Shown: one piece after another, positions 59,169-59,649 of the stretch
Layout: every line of letters starts with the position of its first letter
Numbering within the stretch: position 1 is the first letter of the stretch
Sequence record: DRR723986_45297
Direction: 5' to 3' (one strand)
DNA length: 59,649 nucleotides
Position numbers and translations under genes: made by a program
The notes under the pieces: model-generated
Seen by the model: the letters and a program-made list of their open reading frames with translations, nothing else
Told to the model about the DNA's origin: nothing
Databases searched by the model: none

Positions 59169-59649
59169 CTAGCCACCAAAGTCATCAAATCTAATATGTT
59201 CATCTGGAATTCCGAAATCTTCACCCATTTTCTGAACGGCTTGGTTCATTAATGGTGGGCCACAGAAGTATAATTCTATATCCTCTGGAGCTTCATGATG
59301 ATTCAAATAATTATCAATTACACAATTATGTATAAAGCCTACAAACCCATCACCAGATTCATCGTTGATGTCTGTTTTAACTTTCCAGTTATCTTCTTCC
59401 ATAGGCTCAGAAAGTGCCATATAGAATTTAAAGTTAGGGAAATCTTTTTCTAGTTTTCTGAAGTGCTCTATGTAAAATAACTCACGCTTAGAACGACCTC
59501 CATACCAATACGTTACTTTACGGCCAGTTTTAATAGTTCTAAATAAGTGATATAAATGCGAGCGCATTGGTGCCATACCTGCACCTCCACCAACGTAAAG
59601 CATTTCACTCTCAGACTCATTAATGAAGAATTCACCATAAGGTCCAGAA
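59169..59649 (-). CDS. nqrF: Na+-translocating NADH:quinone reductase subunit F, C-terminal part (5' end outside the window)
   Basis: [38 protein letters not shown] and FDDFGG terminus. Confidence 0.96.
   Translation of the reverse strand, partial: SGPYGEFFINESESEMLYVGGGAGMAPMRSHLYHLFRTIKTGRKVTYWYGGRSKRELFYIEHFRKLEKDFPNFKFYMALSEPMEEDNWKVKTDINDESGDGFVGFIHNCVIDNYLNHHEAPEDIELYFCGPPLMNQAVQKMGEDFGIPDEHIRFDDFGG

Noticed and set aside
1..59649. CRISPR array, tRNA/rRNA, prophage, integrase or anti-phage defence system
   Set aside because: No regularly spaced repeats, cloverleafs or recognisable mobile or defence proteins seen by eye. A divergent element could have been missed without covariance or HMM searches.

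Overview
AT-rich bacterial chromosomal window, inferred to be from a Flavobacteriaceae (Bacteroidota) genome from the gene families, the TAnnTTTG promoters and the Na+-NQR genes. Most of it is housekeeping: purH, mreBCD-mrdA-rodA, valS, murB, lipA, gap, lpxK, msrA, tatA, pepE, gpmI, map, apbE and a partial nqrF. It also holds two ECF sigma factors, a hybrid histidine kinase and a compact kynurenine (tryptophan catabolism) operon with an unexplained SDR. I saw no tRNA, rRNA, CRISPR array, transposase or phage genes. The most notable non-obvious signals are: (i) two promoter-to-terminator intergenic units without an ORF that look like sRNA genes (about 16046-16185, minus strand, behind a SigK-type promoter next to an ECF/anti-sigma pair; about 31072-31187, plus strand, behind a sigma54-like/TAnnTTTG motif); (ii) a TGTAACA-N15-CGTC motif shared by two genes, plus a recurring GAGTTAGTTA/TAACTAAC motif in UTRs; (iii) an SDR that may supply the poorly assigned reductive step after 2-aminomuconate; and (iv) many nonsense mutations and decayed genes, indicating gene erosion or consensus errors. 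All family assignments come from motif recognition by eye, not database searches.
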